Part shown: in pieces, positions 22,540-33,573 of the stretch
Layout: each line of letters begins with the position of its first letter
How positions within the stretch are numbered: the stretch's first letter is position 1
NCBI GenBank assembly: GCA_964291215.2
Contig: OZ219791.1
Span: 704,001 to 768,000, forward strand
From: Alphaproteobacteria bacterium
GTDB lineage: Bacteria > Pseudomonadota > Alphaproteobacteria > MPNO01 > UBA830
Length of the DNA stretch: 64,000 nt
Direction: 5' to 3'
The notes under the pieces: model-generated
The model's input: only the letters and a program-made list of their open reading frames with translations
Databases searched by the model: none
What the model was told of the DNA's origin: nothing
Translations under genes and position numbers: made by a program

Positions 22540-22710
22540 GGCTTGCCTGTATCGGTGAAAATTCCGTGGAAGGTTGGCGGCGATTGCATTCTGTTGCGGC
22601 GCGGCAGCCGATCGCCGGCCGGAACCGGGCCGGATGTCCGGGAGCGGGAAGGACGCGCGGGAGACGCATGGGGTTTTGCCTCGGCACCTTGGAAAACGAT
22701 GGAGCAAGAC

Positions 22711-23109
22711 ATGCCTGATACTCATCCCACACGCAAGCTGGCGCATGCGACGCTGGCGACGGCGCCGGAAATCGGCGGTCGGAGAGACTTCTTTACCTAT
22801 CGGGATCTCGGCGTCACCGAAGCGAGCCTCGGCAAGCTGCGCGCGCAGACCATGGCGGCGCGGCGGGGAATGACCGAGCCCACCGGCTGGCATTACCATG
22901 TCTGTGATGGCCAGTTCGTCTACATGATCAACGGCTGGGTCGATCTTGAGTTCGAGACCGGTGAGACTATCAGGGTCGAGGCCGGCCAGTCGCTGTTCAT
23001 CCCCGGCGGCATGCGCCACAACGAGATTGCCGCTTCTGACGACCTCGAGATTCTGGAACTGTCGGTCCCGGCCGAGATGGGCACCGTGGCCTGCGATGCG
23101 CCGGCTTGA
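22711..23109 (+). CDS. cupin domain protein
   Basis: TGWHYHVC..QFVYM..GW and IPGGMRHNE cupin motifs; GGAG RBS upstream. Confidence 0.88.
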   Translation: MPDTHPTRKLAHATLATAPEIGGRRDFFTYRDLGVTEASLGKLRAQTMAARRGMTEPTGWHYHVCDGQFVYMINGWVDLEFETGETIRVEAGQSLFIPGGMRHNEIAASDDLEILELSVPAEMGTVACDAPA

Positions 23110-23157
23110 GGATGCCGACCGTGGGCTCGGGCTTCGGCTCGCAGCCTGCGGGATGGA

Positions 23158-23232
23158 TGGTGGGCGCGGCTGGGATTGAACCAGCGACCTCTCGCGTGTG
23201 AGGCGAGCGCTCTCCCGCTGAGCTACGCGCCC
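23158..23232 (-). tRNA. tRNA-Val(CAC)
   Basis: Minus strand reads GGGCGCGTAGCTCAGCGGGAGAGCGCTCGCCT-CAC-ACGCGAGAGGTCGCTGGTTCAATCCCAGCCGCGCCCACCA; cloverleaf with encoded CCA. Confidence 0.97.
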
Positions 23233-23363
23233 ATCGTGATGGACCGGCTAGCGCACAGATAAGCCTTGCCGCCCGGGGCTGTCAACCGCGGCGGATCAGC
23301 CGCCGAACGGAAGGCGTGGCCCGCGGACGGGGCAGGATGTCCGGTATCTGGAGTGATGCAGCG

Positions 23364-23972
23364 ATGGTTCAGTTGGGCCGCTTCGGGAAATTGCTGCTGG
23401 CCGCCGTTTGCGCGGCGACCGTCGGCGCGTGTGCGCCTCTGCCCGACGGCCCCGGGCCCGCCCCGATCTCGTTCAGCGGGATGCCGCCGCTTTTCCTTGA
23501 CGTGGGCCGCATCGACTTCGACAACCGCTACCGTTCACCAGCGGCGGCGCCGAACGTCGAACACCTGCTGATCGAGCCGCCCGCCACTGTCGTACGGGGC
23601 TGGGTTCGCGACCGCCTGCACGCCGCGGGAGGCTCCGGTGCGCTCCGCGTCACCCTCCACCGGGCCGATGTGGTGGAAACTCGGCTTGCGCCCGAAGGCG
23701 GGCTTCGCGGCCTGTTCACCACTGAACAGACCGAACGCTATGACGCGGTGATCGGCGTGTCGCTGGAGATCCTCGATGCGGCCGGCGAGAGCCGATCGCG
23801 CATAAATGCCGAGGTCAGGCGCTCGCGCACGATCGCGGAAGACGTTTCGGTGAACGAACGCCGGGTGATATGGCATGAAATGCTCCGGGCGCTTGCCGGC
23901 AGCCTGGACCGGACTGTCGAGGATCAGGTTCGCAAGCATTTCGGCGACTGGCTGCAGCGGCCGCGGAACTGA
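23364..23972 (+). CDS. putative lipoprotein
   Basis: Signal peptide ending in lipobox VGAC; host-like codon usage. Confidence 0.7.
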   Translation: MVQLGRFGKLLLAAVCAATVGACAPLPDGPGPAPISFSGMPPLFLDVGRIDFDNRYRSPAAAPNVEHLLIEPPATVVRGWVRDRLHAAGGSGALRVTLHRADVVETRLAPEGGLRGLFTTEQTERYDAVIGVSLEILDAAGESRSRINAEVRRSRTIAEDVSVNERRVIWHEMLRALAGSLDRTVEDQVRKHFGDWLQRPRN

Positions 23973-23994
23973 CGAAACGGTTGGCGGCTCCGGG

Positions 23995-25440
23995 CTAGTT
24001 TCGCCAGAACCAGGGCGCGAACATCACCAGGACGGTGAACAGTTCGAGCCGGCCCAGCAGCATGCCGGCGCTGAGCACCCACTTGGCGCTGTCCTTGAGA
24101 CTCGCGAAATTTCCGTCGGGACCAATGATCTCCCCGAGAGCCGGCCCGACATTGCAGATGGCGGTCGCGGCGCCGGAGACAGCTGTCAGGAAATCGAGTC
24201 CGAGGAAGTGCAGCATCGCTGCGAGGACGGCGAAGGTCAGCGCGAAGAGGAAGAAGAAGCTCATGACCGAACTTGCGGCGTCGTCGGTGATGGGACGGCC
24301 GTTGAACGTCGCGATAAACACGCCGTGAGGCCGGATCAGCCTCTTCATCTGCGCCTTGGCGGTCTCGTAGAGCACTTGAAAGCGGAAGACCTTGATCGAA
24401 CAGGTGGTCGAACCCGCGCACCCGCCGATGAACATGATGAAAAAGAAGACCCCGATCGCAAAGGTTCCCCAGCCGGCATAGTTGGTCGAGCTGTATCCGG
24501 TGCCGGTCATGATCGACAGTGTGTTGAAGGCCGCTTCCCGGAGCGCCCTGCCGAAGCTGATGTCGTTGTTCAGGTAGTGGGTCAGCGTGACGATGGCGAT
24601 CAGCACGGCCACGATCCAGCAGAACCACCGCACCTGGTCGTCCCGTAGGAGCGCCGGGCGGCCGCGCACGAGCTGGAGGTAGAGGACGAACGGCAGCGCG
24701 CCGAGGAACATGAACGCGGCAATGATGATTTCGGCGGTCGGATTTGCGAAGGCGCCGATGGAGGCGTCCCGCGTCGAGAAGCCGCCGGTTGCGATGGTGG
24801 TCATGGAATGGGCGATTGCGTCGAAGACGCCGAGGCCCGCGGTCCATAGCGAGATGGCGCAGAGCAGGGTAAGCGCGACATAGATGGCGCCGACGCCGCC
24901 GACGATCTGGACAACTCGTGGCAGAACCTTTTCCGACCGGTCCGAGGACTCCATCCTGAAGAGCTGGTTACCACCGATCTGGAGCATCGGAAGGATGGCG
25001 ATGGACATCACGATGATGCCGATCCCTCCGAGCCACTGCAGTATGGCGCGCCACAGCAATATGCCGGTTGAGGCGCTGTCGAGGCCCGTGATCACTGTCG
25101 ATCCGGTCGTGGTCAGCCCCGACATCGATTCAAAGAACGCGTCGGTGAAGCTGAGCCCGAGGTCGCTGAAGGCGAAGGGCAGCGCGGCGAACACGGTAAG
25201 CGCGAGCCAGCTCGTCGTCGTGAGCACGAATGCCTGGCGGATCGAGAGCTGGGCCAGCGGTGCGCGCATGGTCAGGAGCAGCGTGACTCCCATGAACACG
25301 GTGAACCCACCCGTGACAGCGAAAACGCGCCAGTTGGGGTTGCCGTTCAGCAGTTCGACCAGCAACGGCACGCCCATCCCTGCGGCCAGAACCGTCAGGA
25401 GAATGCCGATGACGTAGAAGACCGGTCTGTAGTCGATCAT
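23995..25440 (-). CDS. trkH: TrkH family potassium uptake protein
   Basis: FESMSGLTTTG, QWLGGIG, ATGGFS, GGCAGST and LLGRLE. Confidence 0.95.
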   Translation of the reverse strand: MIDYRPVFYVIGILLTVLAAGMGVPLLVELLNGNPNWRVFAVTGGFTVFMGVTLLLTMRAPLAQLSIRQAFVLTTTSWLALTVFAALPFAFSDLGLSFTDAFFESMSGLTTTGSTVITGLDSASTGILLWRAILQWLGGIGIIVMSIAILPMLQIGGNQLFRMESSDRSEKVLPRVVQIVGGVGAIYVALTLLCAISLWTAGLGVFDAIAHSMTTIATGGFSTRDASIGAFANPTAEIIIAAFMFLGALPFVLYLQLVRGRPALLRDDQVRWFCWIVAVLIAIVTLTHYLNNDISFGRALREAAFNTLSIMTGTGYSSTNYAGWGTFAIGVFFFIMFIGGCAGSTTCSIKVFRFQVLYETAKAQMKRLIRPHGVFIATFNGRPITDDAASSVMSFFFLFALTFAVLAAMLHFLGLDFLTAVSGAATAICNVGPALGEIIGPDGNFASLKDSAKWVLSAGMLLGRLELFTVLVMFAPWFWRN

Positions 25441-25458
25441 GGGTCGGCCCGCGTCCGA

Positions 25459-25851
25459 CTAGTTCAGCTTGCGCGTCTCGTGCGGCGTGTCGAGCGAGAA
25501 GGCGGGAATCTCGATCTCGAACTTCTCGCCCGAATCGTAGCGCATTTGGTAATTGCCATGCATGATTCCGGACGGTGTCGGCAGCAGCGTCCCGCTCGAA
25601 TACTCGTAGGACTTGCCGGGATCGATGATCGGCTGTTCGCCGATGACGCCGGCGCCCCGCACCTTCTGGACCCGACCGAGAGCGTCGGTGATATGCCAGT
25701 AGCGCGAGATCAGTTGAACCGTCTTGGCACCTTCGTTGACGATGCGGACGCTGTAGGCCCAGACGAATTGGCCTTCCTCGGGCTCGGACTGGTTCTCGAG
25801 ATAGGTTGGCTCCACGTCTACGCGGATCTCTTGGGTAACGGCTGTGTACAT
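25459..25851 (-). CDS. apaG: ApaG
   Basis: [20 protein letters not shown] and IPAFSLD. Confidence 0.95.
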   Translation of the reverse strand: MYTAVTQEIRVDVEPTYLENQSEPEEGQFVWAYSVRIVNEGAKTVQLISRYWHITDALGRVQKVRGAGVIGEQPIIDPGKSYEYSSGTLLPTPSGIMHGNYQMRYDSGEKFEIEIPAFSLDTPHETRKLN

Positions 25852-25932
25852 CTGATGTCCATCCGCTTCGGGTTGGTTCCATGAGTTCCGTCGGTGTCGC
25901 GAGCGGTCCCGCGACGCCGGAGTTCCCGGACG

Positions 25933-27141
25933 CTAGGCGCCGGCGAATGCCGTGGCCAGCGCCTGCTCGAGATCGTCCTTCACATCTTCGGCATCTTCAA
26001 GGCCCACCGACAGACGCACCATGCCGTCGTCGATGCCGAGATGTGCGCGCTCTTCCGGCGCCACACGTTGATGCGTTGTCGTCGCGGGATGGGTGAGCAG
26101 GCTCTTGCTGTCGCCGAGATTGTTCGAGATGTCGATCATCCTGAGCGCGTTCATGAAGCGGAACGCTGCCGCCTTTCCGCCTTCCAGTGAAAAGGTGATG
26201 ACGTTCCCGAAATCCGACATCTGCCGCGCCGCCAGTTCATGCTGCGGGTGATCGGCAAGTCCAGGATAGCGAACCCGGGCCAGACCTTCTCGGCCAGACA
26301 GGTATTCGGCGATCATCATAGCATTGCGGCAATGGCGTTCGATGCGAAGCTCAAGCGTCTCCAGCCCCTTGAGAAGCACCCAGGCATTGAACGGGCTGAG
26401 GGACGGGCCGGTATGGCGCATGAACGGCTTGAGGATGTTCTCGCAGTAATCCTCGTCGCCGAGAACGATGCCGCCGAGACACCGTCCCTGGCCATCGATG
26501 TGCTTGGTTGCGGAATAGACCACGATGTCTGCGCCAAGCGCGAGCGGCTTCTGCAGAAGGGGCGATGCGAACACGTTGTCAATTATCACCCGGGCTCCGG
26601 CACCGTGGGCGAGATCGCAGATGGCCGGGATATCGACGATATCGAGGCCCGGGTTCGAGGGGCTCTCGATGAATACGCACCTCGTCGGCCGTCCGAGCGC
26701 GTCCCGCCACTGGTCGAGATCGCCGCCGTCGACAAGCGTCGTCTCCACGCCGTAGCGCGGAAGGATCTCGGTGAGGATGAAGAGGCAGGAGCCGAACAGG
26801 GCGCGGCTCGCAACGACATGGTCGCCGGCCTCGACCATGCAGGCCATCGAAGCAAAGACGGCGGCCATGCCGGTGGCCGTGGCGCGGCCGCTTTCAGCGC
26901 TTTCGATCAGCGCCATGCGCTCCTGGAACATGTCGACCGTGGGGTTGGAGAACCGCGAATAGATGAAGCGGTCGATTTCGTCCTTGAAGGCCCCCTCGGC
27001 CTGCTCCGCATATTCGTAGACATAGCCGGAGGTTGCGAATATCGCCTCGCTGGTTTCGCCGAAGTCGCTGCGCCTTGTACCTCCGCGCACCGCCAAGGTC
27101 TGCGGCCGCCAGCTTTCCTGAACGGGTTTGTTGATTGTCAT
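25933..27141 (-). CDS. metZ: O-succinylhomoserine sulfhydrylase
   Basis: YSRFSNPT, ESPSNP, PLP lysine in SATKHIDGQGR, NNLGDSKS. Confidence 0.93.
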   Translation of the reverse strand: MTINKPVQESWRPQTLAVRGGTRRSDFGETSEAIFATSGYVYEYAEQAEGAFKDEIDRFIYSRFSNPTVDMFQERMALIESAESGRATATGMAAVFASMACMVEAGDHVVASRALFGSCLFILTEILPRYGVETTLVDGGDLDQWRDALGRPTRCVFIESPSNPGLDIVDIPAICDLAHGAGARVIIDNVFASPLLQKPLALGADIVVYSATKHIDGQGRCLGGIVLGDEDYCENILKPFMRHTGPSLSPFNAWVLLKGLETLELRIERHCRNAMMIAEYLSGREGLARVRYPGLADHPQHELAARQMSDFGNVITFSLEGGKAAAFRFMNALRMIDISNNLGDSKSLLTHPATTTHQRVAPEERAHLGIDDGMVRLSVGLEDAEDVKDDLEQALATAFAGA

Positions 27142-27204
27142 CTGGCTGCCCGGCCCTTCCCGCCTCGATATGGTTACCGGCTGGCCGGGGCTTTGTCGGA
27201 TACC

Positions 27205-27268
27205 GCGACCTTTTAGCGCATTCGTTTAACGTGGCCGCAAGCCGGTCAGCACAAATCACCACGAAGCG
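27205..27268 (-). ncRNA. SAM-II (SAM-alpha) riboswitch upstream of metZ
   Basis: Minus strand CGTGGTGATTTG..CCGGCTTGCGGCCACGTTAAACGAATGCGCTAAAAG matches the alphaproteobacterial SAM-II pattern, about 65 nt before metZ. Confidence 0.85.
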
Positions 27269-27353
27269 CTGACATACCCGTTTCGCCGGATGGCGTCAAG
27301 TTCCAGCAGGATCATCCCAGAGATGTCTTACGCTAAATTCTGTTTGATTTTTC

Positions 27354-29160
27354 GTAACTGCCCAGGTACCCGGCCGGGTCTGAATATGTGGTGACGTTGG
27401 GCGCGTGGGGGCCGTTTTGAGTGTCGTCATGTTGTTGATTCTAGGAAGCTTGACTCTACAGGCAACATGAGCTTATATGTTGCCCTCTGTGATGAGAGGG
27501 TCGGCGGTTGGGGTATTTCGAATCGAAGGCGATGCTGGCGGGGGAACGTCTCGCGGTGCTGGCCGCGATCATGGCCGTCGAGGCCGGGGAGGGTTCGTGA
27601 CAGTCTCGTGTTGCGCGAGGACCTCGCTGCCTACGACGAGGCATTCGTGCGCCTGCAGGATCTTTTCAGTGCACCCTCCTTCGCCATGACAACCGTCGAT
27701 CCGGGAATGGGGTCAGGGACTGCTGCGCCGCGGCGCTGATCAAGGAGGTCGACGCGCTGGAGCACGAGAACATCCACTTGCGCGAACGGGTTGCCGCACT
27801 CGAGCGCAGCGCCGCGCTCGACAGCTCCACCAGCTCCAAGCCGCCGGCCAGCGACGGTCTGAAGAAGAAGAGTGTACCCCGGGAGAAGCGCACCCGGAGC
27901 CGGCGCCGCAAGTCCGACAGGCGGCGGCCAGCCACAAGGTAACCACTCTGGAGCGGGCCGAAAGCCCGGACCATGTCGTCGATCATGATCCTTGCGCCTG
28001 TAAAGGCTGCGGCGCGCCGCTGTCGGATGATGACCGTCACGCAGAACCCGTCCGTCGGCAGGTTTTCGATGTGCCGCAGCCCCTCGAGGTCACCGAACAT
28101 CGCTGCCTTTGCGCCGCCTGCGCCACCGTGACAACAGCCGCCTTCCCGCACGGCGCCCCGGTCCAGTACGGGCCGCGCATCACCGCGTGGGTCTGTCGCA
28201 CGCCCGGTTCATTCCCGAACAGCGCGTCGCCGAGGTCATGAGCGACCTCTTCGCGGTCAGGATCTCAAAGGCCACCATCGCCGCCATGAGCCGGCGCACC
28301 GCCCGGCGCTTCAAGGACTTCCTCGATCATGTCGCAGAGATCATCCGCACCCGGGCACCGGTCAAACACCTCGACGAGACCGGCATCCGCATCGCCGGCC
28401 GGACCCGGTGGCTCCATGTGCCGTGCACCCCGTTGCTCACCATCCTGCGCATCGCCGCCGGGCGCCACCACATCGACGAGAAGCTCAACGGCATCGTCAT
28501 CCATGACGACTACGCCACCTGCTTCACTCTCGAGGGCGTGCGCCACGGCGCCTGCAACGCCCATCACCTGCGCGAACTCCAGGCCCTGATCGAGATCGAG
28601 AAGGAAGACTGGGCAGCCGCCATGCACCGGCTCCTCATCCGTGCCAACAGAGCCGCCCGCTTCGCCCGCAAGAACAACCGCGACATGCCCGCTTCACTGG
28701 TCGCCCGCATCTCGCAGGCCCGGGACAGGATTCTCGAGTGTGCGATCGCTTTCCACGAAGACAGGCCGCCGCTCCAGCCAGGAAAGCACGGACGAAAAAA
28801 AAACGCCGCACCGGTCACAACCTCGCGCTCCCGCTCCGCAGGCACAAGGACGGGTGCCTGCGCTTCCTCACCAACCCCCGTTCTCCAACAACGAGGCGCG
28901 GCCTCCGGATGGGCAAGCTGCGACAGAAGATCTCGGGCGGCTTCCGCTCCATGCAAGGCGCTTGGGACTTCGCCGACCTGCGATCCGTCATCGCCACCGC
29001 CCGGAAGCAGGGCTGGAATGTTCTCGAAACGCTGGCCCACCCCGACCCCATCCAGCTGATCCAGAAACTGCGCTTGTGAAACCCCTCCCCGGCGCCATCA
29101 GACCGTAACCATCAATTCACCGCCTGTGAGCGCTCGCCGGAATCAGACCTGGGCAGTTAC
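27354..29160 (+). mobile_element. IS66-family element A (single-transposase type), frameshifted
   Basis: IRs GTAACTGCCCAGGT (27354) and ACCTGGGCAGTTAC (ends 29160); near-identical flanks GATTTTTC/GATTTTCA; motifs HLDETG, CNAHHLRELQ and KISGGFRS. Confidence 0.88.
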
Positions 29161-29230
29161 GATTTTCAAGGTGGTATCTGGGTTTTGCGGGGCGCGGGTC
29201 GGTGCGAGGAGATTTTGTATCTACTCACCC

Positions 29231-30357
29231 CTAGTGTTATGTCAGCAATGATATGTCGTACATTTGGTGCTAGACTGTCCGTCCATTCGGGATGGAGGTC
29301 GGAGTATGAAACGCTACCTGGTGACCCTGGACGAACGGGCAGAACTTTCGGAGATCAAGGGCTCGCACCTGTCGCAAAAGGTAATCAACGCCCTGCTTAA
29401 CTGCGACGAGGGCGTGTTCAATGAATGCCAGATGACCGGGAAGGTCATTGCCGAGATTCTGCGCATCAGCATGCGCAAAGTAGACCGGGTGAAAAAGCGT
29501 TTCGAGGGGTTGGGGGCGGCATTGGGTGGCCGGCAAGGACGCCGTCCTACCTACATGCGAAAAGCCGACGGCACCTTCGAGGCGCGCTTGGTGGCCCTGA
29601 GTTGTGGTGAACCGCCCGAGGGTCACGCGCAATGGTCGTTGCGGCTGCTGGCCGACCGCGTTGTTGACCTTGGTTACACCGTGTCACACGAGACGGTGCG
29701 GCGTGTTCTAAAAAAAACTGCCTCAAGCCATGGCAGCGGGTGGGTGATTCCTCCTCAAGGGAACGCCGACTTCGCCGCAGCGAAGGTGCTCGATGTCTAT
29801 CGCCGCCCCGCCGCCTTCCCCGTGGTCTGCATGGACGAAACGCCCCGACCGGCGAGACACGGCAACCGATCGCCATGGCGCCGGGACGGGCGTAACGACT
29901 ACGAGTATCGACATTGCGGCACCTGCAACGTCTTCACGGAACCCCTAGCCGGCAAGCGCATGACCAAGGTAACCGAGCGCAAGATCGACTGGGCGCAGTT
30001 CCTGGCCGACATCGCCGAGCGCTACCAGGATGCTACCACCATCACCTTGGTGATGGACAATCTCAACACTCCCCGGCGCCCTCTATGAGGCCTACCCGCC
30101 GGACGAGGCCAAGGCCTTGTGGGACCGCTTCGAGTTCGTCTACACCCCCAAGCACGGCAGTTGGCTGAACGTGGTCGAACTCAACGTCATGATCCGCCTG
30201 AACCGCCGCATCGACTGCATCGAGGTGCTACGCCGGGAAGTTGCCGCCTGGCAGGCGACCGCATTCAGGCCAAGGTGGATTGGCAGTTCACCACCGACGA
30301 TGCCCGCGTGAAACTCAAACGTCTTTATCCGACATTTAACGAATGACAAGACACTAG
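29231..30357 (+). mobile_element. IS630-family element A, copy 1, degenerate
   Basis: CTAGTGTTATGTCA..TGACAAGACACTAG ends; motifs WSLRLLAD, VCMDE, VMDNLNT, PKHGSWLN; A8 slippery tract near 29710. Confidence 0.88.
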
Positions 30358-30578
30358 TTGGGTTCTGATTGGTCGTAGTGCTCGTTGATGATGTCTGCGG
30401 CTTTTCCGTCGAGGGCGATCTGGTGGCGACGAGTGGGTTGTAGCCGAGTGCCGCCATGGAGGTGAGGTGGCTTGAGCCCCGGCACCATGCTTTTGCGTGG
30501 AGCGGAAGCATCCGGACACCTTGAGCTTTGCCATCCTGATCTTCTGTTCTCCGGCATTGTTGGTGAAGCTGACGTTGG

Positions 30579-32253
30579 GTGCGCCAGGCTAACTGGTGGA
30601 ATGTTGCCGGGTGCAAGTCCCGAGAGAGGCTAACCACCACTTTCTCCGTGAACCATGCGTCGTGAGGCGTCAGGCGAAGCGTTGGGGAGCGGCAGGCCGG
30701 GCTATTGAGCCACGAGATGCTTTGAAACCGGAGTGCCGAGGTCGTGGCCGAAGGCAACACCCCGCGAGCCGCGTTGGTGAGGCGAGCGGGGGCTCCGCGG
30801 GGTCCGAGAACCATGGCCGAAGCAGGGACCTGGGAGGTCTTGCCCCTCTGTCGTGGAGGGGCCGCAGAGGAAAGGAACTATTCCGTAAACCGATGATGAA
30901 CGAGAAGTCAGATTCGGCCATAGTACCGCTGAAGGCAGCGAACAAAGGTTCTCCGGAGCCTGCGGAGTTGCTGGAGGGAAGGGCAATGCGATTGGCCCGC
31001 GCCGCGCGCAGAAGCGGGGGTCACAGGCGGCTGAACGCAGGTAGCGAAGAGGAACCCGGAAGAGCGTCTTTACTCCACCACGTGATGTCCTGCACGACGC
31101 GTTCCATTCCTTGAGGAAGGACGCGGCGGCGGGGCGTTGTGTGGCAAGCGTACGCGGAAGGGGTGGAACTGGTTGACCTACACGACCGTGTGCACAGGGG
31201 TGCGTACCGAGCGCCTCCAGGGTCTACATTCCCAAGGAGGATGGAGGGCAACGACCGCTTGGCATTGCCTCGGACAAGATTCTTCAGCGGGCAGTGTGAT
31301 TCTGGTGCCGCTCTACGAAACGGAGTTCCTCGGTTTCAGCTACGGTTTCCGGCCGGGGCGCATCACGCGCTCGACGCCGTCACGGTGGAACGGCGGAAGG
31401 TCAACTGGATCGTTGACGCCCGTGGGTTCTTCGACAATCTCGACCGCGACCATCTGATTGCGATGCTCGAGAAACGGATCGGGGGGTTATCCGGCTGATC
31501 ATCAAGTGACGCCGGCGTCATGGAAGGGACCGACTGGCAAGGGAACACCGCAGGGGGCGATTGTATCGCCCTGCCTCGCGAACGTTTACCTGCACTACGT
31601 GCGACTGGTTCCAGAACCACTGGCGCAAGCGGATGGCTGGAGGCGACACGATCATTATGCGGACGACTTCGTGTGCGGCTTTCAGCATCTGGGCGATGCG
31701 CAGCGCTTTCTCCGGGACCTTGGGGAGAGGCTGGCCCACTTGAACTGCACCCGGAAAATCATCGAGTTCGGTCGGTTTGCCAGAGCGAACCGCCGGAAGC
31801 AGGGCAAGACGTTCGACTTCCTCGGCATGACGCACTTCTGCGAACAGACGAGGAAAGGCAGGTTCAGGGTCGGTCGCAAACCGTCTCGCAAACGGGCACC
31901 CTGCGGCGGATCAAGGAGGCCTTGCGCATGCGATGGCACGACAACCGGCACGAAACGGCCAAGTGGCTTGGGCGAGTTATCAACGGCTGGCTCAGCTACT
32001 ACGCCGTCCCGGGAAGCAGTCAATCCCTGCAGGGGTTCATACACCAATGCAAACGGCTGCTCATGCGTGCCCTTCGGCGACGCTCCCAAAAGGACTTCAC
32101 CGGGGACATAGACACCCTTGCCGCCGCCCACTGGCCCAAAGCCAGCATCCGTGGCCAAACCAGCGCCTTGTCGTCAGGGGAGGAGCCGGATGCGAACAGC
32201 GCATGTCCGGTTCTGTGCGGGGGGACCGGGGCAACCCGGTTCCCTACCGCAAT
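30579..32253 (+). mobile_element. group II intron copy 1 (RT/maturase degenerate)
   Basis: 5' GTGCGCCAGG; RT motifs FSYGFRPG, PQGAIVSP.LANVYLHY, YADD, FDFLGMTH; DV/DVI end GGAGCCGGATGCG..CCCTACCGCAAT. Confidence 0.9.
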
Positions 32254-33573
32254 GTGCGCCAGGCAAACTGGTGGAATGTGGCCGGGTGCAAGTCCCGAGA
32301 GAGGCTAACCACCACTTTCTCCGTGAACCATGCGTCGTGAGGCGAAGCGTTGGGGAGCGGCAGGCCAGGCTATTGAGCCACGAGATGCTTTGAAACCGGA
32401 GTGCCGAGGTCGTGGCCGAAGGCAACGAGCCGCGTTGGTGAGGGGGGCTCCGCGGGGTCCGAGAACCATGGCCGAAGCAGGGACCTGGGAGGTCTTGCCC
32501 CTCTGTCGTGGAGGGGCCGCAGAGGAAATTCCGTAAGCCGATGATGAACGAGAAGTCAGATTCGGCCATAGTACCGCTGAAGGCGGCGAACAAGGGCTCT
32601 CCGGAGCCTGCGGAGTTGCTGGAGGGAAGGGCAATGCGGTTGGCCCGCGCCGCGCGCAGAAGCGGGGGTCACAGGCGGCAGGTAGCGAAGAGGAACCCGG
32701 AAGAGCGTCTTTACTCCACCACGTGATGTTCTGCGTTCCATTCCTTGAGGAAGGATGCGGCGGCGGGGCGTTGTGTGGCAAACGTACGGGGTGGAACTGC
32801 CTGCACGCCCGTGTGCACAGGGGCGGGCGCCTCCAGGGTCTACATTCCCAAGGAGGGGCAACTTGCCTCGGACAAGATTCTTCAGCGGGCGGTGTGATTC
32901 TGGTGCCGCGAAACGGAGTTCCTCGGTTCCGGCCGGGGCGCATCATGCGCCGTCACGGTGGAACGGCGGAAGGTCAACTGGATCGTTGACGCCCCTTCGA
33001 CAACCGCGACCATCTGGTTGCGATGCTCGGGAAACGGATCGGGGGGTCTGATCATCAAGTGACGCCGGCGTCATGGAAGGGACCGACTGGCAAGGGAACA
33101 CCGCAAGGGGCGGCGCCCTGCCTTGCGAACCTGCACTACGTGCGACTGGTTCCAGAACCACTGGCGCAAGCGGGACACGATCATTATGCGGACGACTTCG
33201 TGTGCGGCTTTCAGCATCTGGGCGGCGCTGGGACCTTGGGGAGAGACTGGCCCACTTGAACTGCACCCGGAAAATCATCGAGTTCGGTCGGTTTGCCAGA
33301 GCGAACCGCCGGAAGCGTGGGCAAAACGTTCGACTTCCTCGGCATGACGCACTTCTGCGAACAGACGAGGAAAGGCAGGTTCAGGGTCGGTCGCAAACGG
33401 GCACCCTGCGGCGGATCAAGGAGGCCTTGCGCAAGCGGTGGCACGACAACCGGCACGAAACGGCCAAGTGGTGAGTTATCAACGGCTGCTACTACGCCGT
33501 TCCAGGAAGCAGCCTGCAGAAGTTCATACACCAATGCAAACAGCTGCGTGCCCTTCGGCGACGCTCCCAAAAG

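Noticed and set aside
23158-23232. tRNA-Val as the island integration site
   Set aside because: It is flanked by core genes, and I saw no duplicated tRNA 3' end or integrase in the window.
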